This document shows positions 9,386 through 18,656 of a stretch of 64,000 nt of DNA, in pieces (within the stretch, counting starts at the first letter, position 1; every line of letters starts with the position of its first letter). This DNA is from an uncultured Geobacter sp. (GTDB lineage: Bacteria > Myxococcota_A > UBA9160 > JADFDR01). The notes beneath the pieces are model-generated. The model was given only the letters and a program-made list of their open reading frames with translations. It did not search any database and was not told the origin of the DNA. The stretch is from assembly GCA_964424225.1 (NCBI GenBank), contig CAYRID010000001.1:7369-71368 (forward strand), read 5' to 3'. Both the position numbers and the translations under genes were made by a program.

Positions 9386-9433
9386 ACGGCCGGATTGAAC
9401 GGCCTGGCGCCTAACGGCCGATTGAACGGCCTG
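9386..9433. repeat. Tandem pair of near-identical 20-21-nt hairpin repeats (ACGGCCG(G)ATTGAACGGCCTG)
   Basis: Copies at 9386-9406 and 9414-9433. Each can fold as GGCCG / CGGCC around ATTGAA. They sit in the rhomboid-bactofilin spacer, immediately 5' of the bactofilin RBS on the minus strand. Confidence 0.6.
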
Positions 9434-9457
9434 AGATTTCTTCTCTTCGTCCTTCTT

Positions 9458-9481
9458 CTGCAAATCTGCAAATCTGCAAAT
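9458..9481. repeat. Perfect tandem octamer (CTGCAAAT) x3
   Basis: Read directly in the sequence. Intergenic, upstream of the bactofilin gene. Confidence 0.7.
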
Positions 9482-9588
9482 TCCGAATCAGCGCAGAAGT
9501 CGACAGAAACACGCTTCGCCAGGAACTAGGGTCGAATCGGTTAAAAACTCACAAGACTTGAGGCAACTCACAAAAGCGAAATGCCACT

Positions 9589-10497
9589 TTAGCGCCGACG
9601 TCGGGTACGCGCCGGACGGGCGCGTGTTGGACGCGGCGAAGATCCGACGGTGTCAAGCCGCATCGCGTTGGCGAGCGAAAAGCCCGCCAAAAAACCGCCG
9701 ATATGCGCCCACCACGCGACAAGTGCCGTGCTGTTCTCCGTCGGTGCGCTTTCTTCCGCAGCCCGCTTCGTCGAAGAGCCCGCCTTCACGTCTTCCGACG
9801 GAGATTGCGCTGTCGCCGCTCTCGTGAGTGCGCTCGTTTGCATGCCGCGCTGGGTTTGAAGATCTTGCGTGGATTGCACCGACGGCAGCGAGTTCTGCCG
9901 AAGGTCACTTTGGAACGCAGGCGTCGGCAAAGCGTGCAAGTCTACGCCGCCCGCCTCAAGGCCCGACACGACTTGCAAAGCAAACCAGAGCACCAAAAAA
10001 AGCAGTGCCGGCACACGCACTGGAATCAAGAACAATTCGAGTTTGCCTTTTGGATGCAAACGCAGATACGCACCGAGCACGCCCGAAATCGCACCGCTTG
10101 CACCCACCGTCGGAAGCAATGAATCCGGTGCACTCGCAACCTGAATCATCGAAGCCGCAAAGCCGCAAACAAAGTAGAAAATCAAAAATCGCGAAGTCCC
10201 CAACGCGCTTTCGACGCTCGCACCAAAAATCCACAAATACAAAAGATTGCCGAGTAAATGCGTGTGCCCGCCGTGTAAAAACAGCGAAGTCAGCGGAGTG
10301 GCGAGCACCTGCGGTTTTTCAAACGCATGCAGAAAATCGCGTGGCACGAGCCCCCATTCGCGAATCCACGGTTCCAGTGCCTGCAGCGCAAAATGCAAAT
10401 ACAGTTCATAGCCGTACACGCAAACCGCAATCGCAATCACGAGTAGCGTTGCACGCGGCACACCTCGCCGCACAATGTCGTCTCGAAGCGGAATCAT
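9589..10497 (-). CDS. Rhomboid-family intramembrane serine protease
   Basis: HxxxN (HLLGNLLYLW), catalytic GASGAISG and AHIGGF motifs. The start is placed at the ATG at 10497 (MIPLRDD...). Confidence 0.88.
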   Translation of the reverse strand: MIPLRDDIVRRGVPRATLLVIAIAVCVYGYELYLHFALQALEPWIREWGLVPRDFLHAFEKPQVLATPLTSLFLHGGHTHLLGNLLYLWIFGASVESALGTSRFLIFYFVCGFAASMIQVASAPDSLLPTVGASGAISGVLGAYLRLHPKGKLELFLIPVRVPALLFLVLWFALQVVSGLEAGGVDLHALPTPAFQSDLRQNSLPSVQSTQDLQTQRGMQTSALTRAATAQSPSEDVKAGSSTKRAAEESAPTENSTALVAWWAHIGGFLAGFSLANAMRLDTVGSSPRPTRARPARTRRRR

Positions 10498-10587
10498 TTG
10501 CGGCCCAGTATCCGCATTGCGTATGCGCGAATCAATGCAATCTCGCGGTTCTCGTAGCGTTTTGTGCTTGCTAGACTCGGACTCCTC

Positions 10588-11484
10588 ATGTCGAGCAAAA
10601 ATCACAACGTCCAAGAAATTCTCGAACGCGCAATTGCTGGCGATCGCGTGCACTCGGCGTATTTATTCGTCGGTCCAAGCGAAACGACACGCCAAGCGGC
10701 CCTTCTTTTTGCGCGCGCGCTCGCCTGCACGCATGCCGCAAATCGACCGTGCGAAGAATGTCTTGCGTGTCGGCGCTCGACAACGAAAGAGGAAATCGCT
10801 CTCGACGGCGAGGGCAAAAAGGGACCGTTGTTTCGACACATCGGTGATCATCCCGATCTCTTTTGGGTTGAGCGTGGAGCAGATGACACAAGAGTGCGTA
10901 TTGGGCAAGTTCGTGCCGTCCAAAGCGCTTTGCGCTTCCAAGCCAACGAAGGTGGCCGACGCGCCGTCGTCATCGCCGATGCAGAATGGTTAAACAGTGA
11001 AGCGCAAAATGCATTGCTGCGTTTGCTGGAAGAGCCGCCGCCAAAGACGAGTTTGATCTTGCTCTCGACCAGTGCATCAAGCTTGCTCGTCACCGTGCGC
11101 TCGCGCTGCCAACGCTTCACTTTGGCGGCGAACACCGATGTCATGTCGACCGAGCGCACCGACGAGGTCGATCGAATTCACTCTCGACTTGCCGGCATTG
11201 GGCGTCTCGCTACGCCCGCGCTCCTCGACTGGGCAGAACAGTTTCGCGGTGAACGCGCCGTGGCGGCCGCTGAGCTAAGTGAATTTTTAGAAGTCTCTGC
11301 ACTTTGGTTACGCGATCGCGTACGCGAACGTGCACGGCAAGGGGCAAATTTCTTTGAACCCGAACTCTCTGCATTCACGGCGTTGCACGAATGCAGAAAA
11401 GCACTCGTGCAACGCAATGCCAATCCGCAAATGATGGCTGAACGCGCACTACTCGCACTGCGCGAAGCCACACGCGCCGCCTAG
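10588..11484 (+). CDS. holB: DNA polymerase III subunit delta' (HolB)
   Basis: Has HSAYLFVGPSETTRQAALLFARALAC followed by a Cys cluster (CEECLAC), and VVIADAEWLNSEAQNALLRLLEEPP. Confidence 0.85.
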   Translation: MSSKNHNVQEILERAIAGDRVHSAYLFVGPSETTRQAALLFARALACTHAANRPCEECLACRRSTTKEEIALDGEGKKGPLFRHIGDHPDLFWVERGADDTRVRIGQVRAVQSALRFQANEGGRRAVVIADAEWLNSEAQNALLRLLEEPPPKTSLILLSTSASSLLVTVRSRCQRFTLAANTDVMSTERTDEVDRIHSRLAGIGRLATPALLDWAEQFRGERAVAAAELSEFLEVSALWLRDRVRERARQGANFFEPELSAFTALHECRKALVQRNANPQMMAERALLALREATRAA

Positions 11485-11510
11485 CGAGTTTGCGGCGGAG
11501 GAAATCGTTT

Positions 11511-13100
11511 ATGACACAGTTTTTCTACATCACGACCCCAATTTTCTACGTGAACGCCGAACCGCATATTGGACACACCTACACGAGTGTCGTAGTTGAC
11601 ACACTTGCGCGTTATCACCGTTTGGCAGGCGAACAAACTTTTTATCTCACGGGCACCGACGAACATGGAGACAAAATTGCCGAAGCAGCAGCGGCAAAAA
11701 CCATGACGCCACTTGAATTTGCTGATCAAATTTCAGGCATCTTCCGTAGCACTTGGGATGAAGTTGGGTTTTCCTACGACCGCTTCATTCGCACGACCGA
11801 ACGCGAGCATCAGCGCACCGTGCAAAGCATACTCCAAAAAGTGTATGATGCGGGCGACATTGAATTTCGTGAGTACGAAGGCTCCTACTGCGTCGGTTGT
11901 GAGCGCTTTCTCACCGATCGTGATCTCGTCGACGGTCGATGTCGCGACCACGAACGCGCACCCGAACTGCGTCGTGAATCAAACTATTTCTTTCGACTCT
12001 CGAAGTATCGCGACTGGCTCGTGCAACACATTCAAGACAATCCCGATTTCATTCGCCCCGAGCGCTACAAAAACGAAGTGCTCGGAATGCTACGTGAAGA
12101 CAGTGGTCTCGACGATCTGTGCATCTCTCGTCCAAAAGAACGGCTGCATTGGGGCATCCCGCTGCCCTTCGATGAAAACTATGTGTGCTATGTCTGGTTC
12201 GACGCCTTGATCAACTATCTCACTGGCATCGGCTATCCGGACGCACCGCATTTCAACGATTACTGGTGCGTCGCTGAGCATGTGATCGGCAAAGATATTT
12301 TGAAGCCGCATGGAGTTTTTTGGCCGATGATGCTCAAAGCCGCCGGCCTCGAACCTTTTCAACACTTAAATGTGCATGGATTTTGGAATCTTGCGGACCG
12401 TAAAATTTCGAAAAGTCTCGGCAACATGGTTTCACCGCTCGTGATGAAAGAAAAATACGGCTTTGATGCCTTTCGTTACTTCTTGCTGCGCGAAATGTCC
12501 TTCGGACTCGACGCGGCGTTTTCCGAGGCAGCGCTCATTGCGCGCATCAACGCTGATCTCGCGAACAATCTTGGCAATCTCGTCAACCGCACTCTAAATA
12601 TGGTGGGACGCTACTCCGACGGGAAAGTGCCACAACCCGGCAAAACCGGCGAACTCGAAGATCGCGTCTCCGACGCGGCTGCACGCACTGCCAATGCTGT
12701 AGACACTCATGTGCGTAGTCTCGAAATGCACCGTGCACTCGCAGCCATTTTTGACCTAGTCAACGAAGCCAACCGCTATCTCGAAACGCGTGCGCCGTGG
12801 ACCGCTGCAAAAGATCCCGCTCTGGCCGAGCAAGTACGCACAACTTTGTATACGGCCTGCGAAGCCTTGCGTGTCATTGCAATCTTGCTAGAACCCTTCT
12901 TGCCCGCTACCGCACCCGCGATTCTTGATCGCCTCGGCTATCCAGAAGCCTTGCATCACACGAAGCTTCCCAACGATGCAATCCATTGGGGCAAGCTACC
13001 GACCGGCCTCGTCACCCAAAAAGGTACGCCGCTTTTCCCGCGCATCGAAGTCGATCACGAGGGCGAAGCCGCCGGCAATGGCGCAGGGCAAAACGTCTGA
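11511..13100 (+). CDS. metG: Methionyl-tRNA synthetase
   Basis: HIGH (EPHIGHTYT) and KMSKS (RKISKSLGN) motifs. GGAGGA lies upstream of the ATG at 11511. Confidence 0.95.
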   Translation: MTQFFYITTPIFYVNAEPHIGHTYTSVVVDTLARYHRLAGEQTFYLTGTDEHGDKIAEAAAAKTMTPLEFADQISGIFRSTWDEVGFSYDRFIRTTEREHQRTVQSILQKVYDAGDIEFREYEGSYCVGCERFLTDRDLVDGRCRDHERAPELRRESNYFFRLSKYRDWLVQHIQDNPDFIRPERYKNEVLGMLREDSGLDDLCISRPKERLHWGIPLPFDENYVCYVWFDALINYLTGIGYPDAPHFNDYWCVAEHVIGKDILKPHGVFWPMMLKAAGLEPFQHLNVHGFWNLADRKISKSLGNMVSPLVMKEKYGFDAFRYFLLREMSFGLDAAFSEAALIARINADLANNLGNLVNRTLNMVGRYSDGKVPQPGKTGELEDRVSDAAARTANAVDTHVRSLEMHRALAAIFDLVNEANRYLETRAPWTAAKDPALAEQVRTTLYTACEALRVIAILLEPFLPATAPAILDRLGYPEALHHTKLPNDAIHWGKLPTGLVTQKGTPLFPRIEVDHEGEAAGNGAGQNV

Positions 13101-13888
13101 TGTGGTTCGACAGTCACGCGCATCTTACTGCCCCCGATTACGACACCGATCGCGAAGAAGTTTTGCAACGTGCGCGCGCCGCGCGCATCGACACTGTGCT
13201 TACGATCGGCTCGGGCTACGGCGTAGCAGAATTCGAGCGCGCACCCGCCTTAGCGGGACAACATGATTTTGTGTATGCAAGCGTGGGCGTACATCCTCAT
13301 AATGCAACACTCCTCGATGATGCCGGCCGCGCCGCACTGCGCGCGCATCTTCAAAAACCCAAAGTCGTCGCCATCGGTGAATGCGGGCTCGACTATCACT
13401 ACATGCATTCACCTCGCGATATACAACAAAAAGTGTTGCGCGAGCAACTCGTTCTCGCTCGCGAATTGGATCTACCGGTTTGTATCCATGTGCGCAGCGA
13501 CGGCGACGAAGCCTACGACGATTTACTTACAATCTGGGATGCAGAAAACGACGGCACCCTGCGCGGACTTTTGCACTGCTATACAGGCAGTCTTGAGTTT
13601 GCAAAAATGGCGATCGAACGGGACTTCTATGTTTCTTTCTCGGGAATTTTGAGTTTCAAAAAATCCGAAGCCTTGCGCGAAACGGCGCGAGCGCTCCCGC
13701 TTGAGCGTCTCTTGATCGAAACCGATGCACCATTTCTGGCGCCGGAAGGATTTCGCGGCAAACGCAACGAACCCGCGCATGTCGCGATCGTCGGAGAAAC
13801 TCTTGCCAAAGCACGCGGCGAATCTGTTGAAGCCATTGCATTCGCAACAACAAAAAATGCAAAAACATTTTTTCGAATTCCGGGGTAA
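13100..13888 (+). CDS. TatD-family metal-dependent hydrolase/DNase
   Basis: MWFDSHAHL start motif, GECGLDYHY, and ETDAPFLAP. The ATG overlaps the metG TGA by 1 nt (TGATG). Confidence 0.9.
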   Translation: MWFDSHAHLTAPDYDTDREEVLQRARAARIDTVLTIGSGYGVAEFERAPALAGQHDFVYASVGVHPHNATLLDDAGRAALRAHLQKPKVVAIGECGLDYHYMHSPRDIQQKVLREQLVLARELDLPVCIHVRSDGDEAYDDLLTIWDAENDGTLRGLLHCYTGSLEFAKMAIERDFYVSFSGILSFKKSEALRETARALPLERLLIETDAPFLAPEGFRGKRNEPAHVAIVGETLAKARGESVEAIAFATTKNAKTFFRIPG

Positions 13889-13891
13889 GCC

Positions 13892-14719
13892 GTGGCCTTT
13901 GAGACCAACGAACGCGCAGCAATTCTCGCACTGGCCATCTCGCTGGCGCGTGCTGCCGGAGCCATACAACGCGAACGCTACGAAACCAAACTCGCCATTG
14001 AAACCAAAAGCGTAGCGCTTGATCTGGTGACGGAAGTCGATAAGCAGTGCGAAGCTTTGATTGTCGATGGCATTCGCGCCGCACGCCCGCATGACGCGAT
14101 TCTTGCCGAAGAAGGCAGCGGAAGCGACACGTTATCGTGTCACGCTACGACACCGCGCGACTGGACCTGGATCATTGATCCACTCGACGGCACAACCAAC
14201 TTTGCACACGGCTATCCTTGCTTTGCGGTGTCGATCGGCATCGAATGCCGCGGCGTGCGTGAAATCGGCGTTGTCTATGAACCACTTCGTGATGAACTCT
14301 TCCATGCGCTGCGTGGAGCAGGCGCGTTTCGTAACGGCCAACCGATTCGTGTGTCAAGCGAGACTCAGCTTGATCGCTCCATGCTCACCACCGGCTTTGC
14401 CTACGACATCCATCGAAGCGAAAATGACAATCTCGATTTATTTCGCCGTTTCATCAAGCGCGCTCGGGCGCTGCGACGCGATGGCAGCGCGGCCATTGAT
14501 CTCTGCTTTGTTGCCTGCGGACGATTCGATGGCTACTGGGAAAAGAACCTCAACCCCTGGGATGTCAGCGCGGGGTTGCTTCTCGTCGAAGAAGCCGGCG
14601 GATGCGTAAGTGATTATGCTGGCAACACAATTCAGAGTAGTGGCGCACAGATCGTAGCCAGCAATGGTAAAATCCATGCGGCCATGTTGGAGATTTTGCA
14701 GAGCAGCGAGAACAAGTAA
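13892..14719 (+). CDS. Inositol monophosphatase family protein (SuhB-like)
   Basis: Motifs WIIDPLDGTTNF and NPWDVSAG. GTG start sits 1 nt after the tatD stop. Confidence 0.88.
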   Translation: MAFETNERAAILALAISLARAAGAIQRERYETKLAIETKSVALDLVTEVDKQCEALIVDGIRAARPHDAILAEEGSGSDTLSCHATTPRDWTWIIDPLDGTTNFAHGYPCFAVSIGIECRGVREIGVVYEPLRDELFHALRGAGAFRNGQPIRVSSETQLDRSMLTTGFAYDIHRSENDNLDLFRRFIKRARALRRDGSAAIDLCFVACGRFDGYWEKNLNPWDVSAGLLLVEEAGGCVSDYAGNTIQSSGAQIVASNGKIHAAMLEILQSSENK

Positions 14720-14728
14720 CTGCAAAAA

Positions 14729-16222
14729 CTATTCTTCGGGTTCGATCAACTCCGCTTCGCCTTCTTCTGCACCGACGGTAAAATCGCGCTGTAGCACTTC
14801 CAACGCAAGCGGAAGAGCGTGAGCCAAGCCATACGGCACTCGATACACCGTATTCGATGTCGACAATTGAACAGCAATTCCTTTCTCTGCATCCGCTTCA
14901 CCAAAGAAAAAATGTGCTAGCAACGTCTTGGCGTCGGACGGATCACCACCAAACACTTCAACCTCAACTTTCGCTGGGTTCAAACCCAGCGCTGTCAAAG
15001 TTTCTTTCTCGGCATGCTCCGCCGCAATCGACGTCGCACGCAAGCGCGAAAGTGCAAGCAAGAGATCTTCAACCCGCGCCGGATCCATCGTCTCAGGTGA
15101 CGTCAACCAATCGCGAAACTTTTCTGAGTCACCTTCGATATCCATTTCTTCTTCAGTATGTACCGATTTCGTCGCTTTTCCGACGGAGAGCGTACCGCGA
15201 ATCACCACCGGATCAGCGTTTTCCGCACGAAATGTAATCGCAAAAGCCTTGGCCGCCTCCGAATCAAAAGCGCCAAGCTGTTTATTGCGATAGGCCTCAA
15301 CTTCTTGCGGGATCGAAGCCAACGCATCACTCGCGACACGATAAAACACGTCCGTGTCGCGACGAACAAGGGACAGCTTCTCGTTTGATGGCGTCGCAAA
15401 AGCAATCACAAAGGTCTTCTCTTCGCCCACCTCGTTGCGCGTACGCAGATCGACTTGTAGCAGCGGCGTTGCCATCGCACGCTTTTGTTCCGCAGTCGGC
15501 ACATCAACAAACTCCTGTGCGCGCACGAAATACAAATCGGAAAGCAGCGTTTCGACCGTGTCCGCATCGGCGACTTCTTGGAGTGGAGAGCGGATCTGCC
15601 ACGTTCCGTTCTGTTTTTCTAGCAAAATTTCGTCTTTGCTATCCGCCCGGCGCACACGAATTCGATCCACTGCAGCTTGATCAAAATATAAAACTCGTTT
15701 GTCGCGCAATTCATCGAAGGAGCGATCGAACGTCGCCAACACATAAGTCGGCAAAGTCGTCACATCGCTCGCGGAATCTACCATCACATATTTTGCACCG
15801 CCGAGCTTCGTTTCATGACCAATGCGCACGAAGTGCCCTACACCGATTGCTGTAAAGCGAATCTCTTTGGCCGAGGCATCGAGCCCGTAAATTTCAAGCG
15901 GCTGTGTATCTTGCAAGACGTTTTCTTTGGTCGCACTCACGAGCGCGCTCAACATGCTCTCGACGGTAATCTCGTCGGCAGGAGCAGCATGTGGCGAAAC
16001 GATTTGCCAACGTCCATCGACATGATCGAGCGTCACTTCCATGCCGTCATTTGTTGTCAGTTGGATTTGCGAAATCTGATCCTTGGTGACATTTGCAAAA
16101 AACTTTTGCTCTTCTTTCTGCGCCTGCTCGCGCACTTCTTGTCCGCGTATTTCATAGAAATAAATAAAAGCGCCAAGTGCCAATACAATGATTAACAAAA
16201 GTGCAGTGATTCGCGGATTCAT
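14729..16222 (-). CDS. DUF4340-domain protein (accessory to GldG-type ABC systems)
   Basis: N-terminal membrane anchor MNPRITALLLIIVLALGAFIYF. The position immediately downstream of the GldG-like gene is the usual DUF4340 context. The family call rests on context and overall pattern. Confidence 0.6.
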   Translation of the reverse strand: MNPRITALLLIIVLALGAFIYFYEIRGQEVREQAQKEEQKFFANVTKDQISQIQLTTNDGMEVTLDHVDGRWQIVSPHAAPADEITVESMLSALVSATKENVLQDTQPLEIYGLDASAKEIRFTAIGVGHFVRIGHETKLGGAKYVMVDSASDVTTLPTYVLATFDRSFDELRDKRVLYFDQAAVDRIRVRRADSKDEILLEKQNGTWQIRSPLQEVADADTVETLLSDLYFVRAQEFVDVPTAEQKRAMATPLLQVDLRTRNEVGEEKTFVIAFATPSNEKLSLVRRDTDVFYRVASDALASIPQEVEAYRNKQLGAFDSEAAKAFAITFRAENADPVVIRGTLSVGKATKSVHTEEEMDIEGDSEKFRDWLTSPETMDPARVEDLLLALSRLRATSIAAEHAEKETLTALGLNPAKVEVEVFGGDPSDAKTLLAHFFFGEADAEKGIAVQLSTSNTVYRVPYGLAHALPLALEVLQRDFTVGAEEGEAELIEPEE

Positions 16223-16228
16223 GAACGC

Positions 16229-17824
16229 CTAGCGCCCCCCTTGGCGACGGCTCCACCAAGTAACTACACCAAGAAGTGCAATGATCTCCGGCAAAAGCAA
16301 GAGCGCGAGGTAACGCAGACGATTCAACTGTTGCTGCGTCATGGAAAGTCGCGACGCGGGCGAGAGCGCCGGGCGAATCGAGAGTGCCTCGGTGTCGCCA
16401 AGCAGCCAGCTCACCGAATTCAGGAAAAAATCGCGATTGCTATACAAATGAATGGCTTGATTCGAAGCAAAATCGGAATCCCCAATCACCACCATTCGCG
16501 GCACAGCACCCTCGGCAAGTGGATATTGCGCAGAGAGTGTCGGCGTACCCGCTACCACAAGCGGTACCGGTCCCTTTTTGTCTTTCGATCCAAATTCGAC
16601 GGCCTTCGGATTTTTGAACAATTCTTCCACATCGGTCTCGGCCCACGATTTCGCACTGGTCATGGCCAACGTCGAAAAATCGCTCTTCACGTCCTGGCGC
16701 GCACGTACGCTACGAGCGAAATGGAAAAGTGTCACCTCGCGTAAATCTTTTGTAATCGGATGCTTGGAGTCGTATGCGCCCGCAAACGGAGAAGCTGCAC
16801 GCCCAAACAAGCCTTGCAGTTCGTCGATCACGACATCATCCCCGACTTCGACTCCCCAGCCGAGCAGATCAGCGTACAGATCTGTGTTGGCACGCGGATC
16901 GATCATCACCATCAGCGCTCCACCTCGTGCGAGATATTTTTGCAGCGCTACATGTTCCGAGGCTTCAAAAGGCCGTGTCGGCCCCGCGATAATGACAACA
17001 TCTGCATCGTCGGGAACTTGCCCCGCCATCGAAAGCAAAAGAATTTCGATCTTATAATTCTCTGCCACCAACAACCGCACGGCTTGTTCATAGCCACTCG
17101 GTTCTTTGGCTTGTTCACCATGTGTGCGGCCTTCGTTATGGCCCTCCAGGAAATAAACCGTCTTCGTTTGCCGTCGGGTAATGCGTAAAAGCCCGTTCGT
17201 AATTCGCTCTTCCGTAATGTCGCCAGAAACAATTCCATTCTCGTTTCCGACTTCGAGCACGACGGCACCTCGCTCAAGATCTGCCGACGACACTTGATAC
17301 TTTTCAACGAGATCTACGCGCGCCAGTGGATCCGCAAACAAATACTCGAATTTCGAATTGACATACTTGTATTGCTCAAGAAGATCGCGCACCACCTGGC
17401 CATCGTCCGCACGATAAAATGCAATCGCTTTCGCGGGTGTGCCGGCTTGCGCAAGCGCGTCGAGCACTTTGCGTGTTTGCTCCGACAGAGAATGGATCTT
17501 CGCCTGACTCGCGTCGAAGCGTTTGTGATAACGCGTCGAGAGAAAAGCCAGCATTCCGAGTAAAACCAAAAGCAAAACCGTCGAAGCAATCGCGCTCGTG
17601 CCGTATTTCCCAATGCGCTTCGTTTCACCCGAACGCAGTCGCGCTCGAATCGTATCGACGCCGCCCACGACCCCCAAAAGAAAAAGCACGACACCGACGG
17701 CAAGATTGATCGCCGCCCAGTATAAATCGGGAACGACACCAAAGAGTGCCATCAGGAAACTAAGCAGCGCAAAGGCAATAGCGACCAAGCCGAGTGAACC
17801 AAAGAGCGAAGCTTTGTTCTTCAT
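16229..17824 (-). CDS. GldG-like ABC-transporter auxiliary protein (ABC-type uncharacterized transport system)
   Basis: N-terminal TM helices, a large periplasmic domain and a C-terminal TM (YLALLLLPEIIALLGVVTWW). A GGAGGGTGGAG RBS lies before the ATG at 17824. Confidence 0.7.
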   Translation of the reverse strand: MKNKASLFGSLGLVAIAFALLSFLMALFGVVPDLYWAAINLAVGVVLFLLGVVGGVDTIRARLRSGETKRIGKYGTSAIASTVLLLVLLGMLAFLSTRYHKRFDASQAKIHSLSEQTRKVLDALAQAGTPAKAIAFYRADDGQVVRDLLEQYKYVNSKFEYLFADPLARVDLVEKYQVSSADLERGAVVLEVGNENGIVSGDITEERITNGLLRITRRQTKTVYFLEGHNEGRTHGEQAKEPSGYEQAVRLLVAENYKIEILLLSMAGQVPDDADVVIIAGPTRPFEASEHVALQKYLARGGALMVMIDPRANTDLYADLLGWGVEVGDDVVIDELQGLFGRAASPFAGAYDSKHPITKDLREVTLFHFARSVRARQDVKSDFSTLAMTSAKSWAETDVEELFKNPKAVEFGSKDKKGPVPLVVAGTPTLSAQYPLAEGAVPRMVVIGDSDFASNQAIHLYSNRDFFLNSVSWLLGDTEALSIRPALSPASRLSMTQQQLNRLRYLALLLLPEIIALLGVVTWWSRRQGGR

Positions 17825-17840
17825 TTGCTCTCCACCCTCC

Positions 17841-18656
17841 TCATCGCCAACGCACCGATTCAACGGAAGTCTTCGTCATCACCAAAAAAGCCGCGATCAT
17901 GACACCAAAATAGGTCAAGTCCGTCGTATCAATCAAACCGCGAAGCATTCGATCCAAGTGATCGACGGTTGCAATGTAATTGAGGCCATTCGCAACCCAG
18001 TCGTGCCCCCCAAACACGCCACTCATCGTGGCCATTTGTCCAAAGAATGAAAAAAGCGCAATCACAAACAAAAGCACGAGCGCCACAAAGAAGGCAACGA
18101 TCTGATGTCGCGTCACCGACGAAGCAAATGCGCCAACAGCCGCATAACCCATCCCTGTCAAAAATAAACCCAGCAAGCCGGAAAGCGTTTTTCCCAGCTC
18201 GGGCGTTGCGCCCTCCGTACTCATACCGAGTACAAAAAGAATAACCGGGAAGACCGCCAAAATAAGAATCAACAAACTCACGAAAGCGGCTGCTGCCAAA
18301 TACTTACCAAGCACGATTTCCCAAATTCCGATCGGACTCGTGAGCAAAAGCTCTTCCGTCGCATTCGCTTTGTCCGACGTAAACAAACCCATCGTAATGC
18401 CGGGAATCAAAAGCAAGAGAATGATCCACATCGATCCAAAGAAAGGCATGAACAGTTCATCATTGAGATTAAATTTCGCAAGCTGTTCAAGCTGATTGGC
18501 CTGTGCGAGTTGCAGATAATAAGTTTGAAACGAAATCACGTTCACAACAAAAAACAATGCGACGAGCAAAGAAAAGAGCGAGAGCACGATGTAGGCCACC
18601 GGCGAAGAAAAGAGCGAACGAAATTCACGGTTCAAGATGATGAATACGTTTTTCAT
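17841..18656 (-). CDS. ABC-2-type transporter permease (GldF-like)
   Basis: Six predicted TM helices. ATGA overlap with the upstream ATPase gene. Confidence 0.8.
   Translation of the reverse strand: MKNVFIILNREFRSLFSSPVAYIVLSLFSLLVALFFVVNVISFQTYYLQLAQANQLEQLAKFNLNDELFMPFFGSMWIILLLLIPGITMGLFTSDKANATEELLLTSPIGIWEIVLGKYLAAAAFVSLLILILAVFPVILFVLGMSTEGATPELGKTLSGLLGLFLTGMGYAAVGAFASSVTRHQIVAFFVALVLLFVIALFSFFGQMATMSGVFGGHDWVANGLNYIATVDHLDRMLRGLIDTTDLTYFGVMIAAFLVMTKTSVESVRWR

Noticed and set aside
9458-9481. Possible CRISPR-like repeat
   Set aside because: It is only three contiguous 8-nt units with no spacers, so it is a microsatellite. No CRISPR array or cas genes are present anywhere in the window.
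9828-10574. 248-aa plus-strand ORF
   Set aside because: It is antisense to the rhomboid protease gene. The product is low-complexity and basic.
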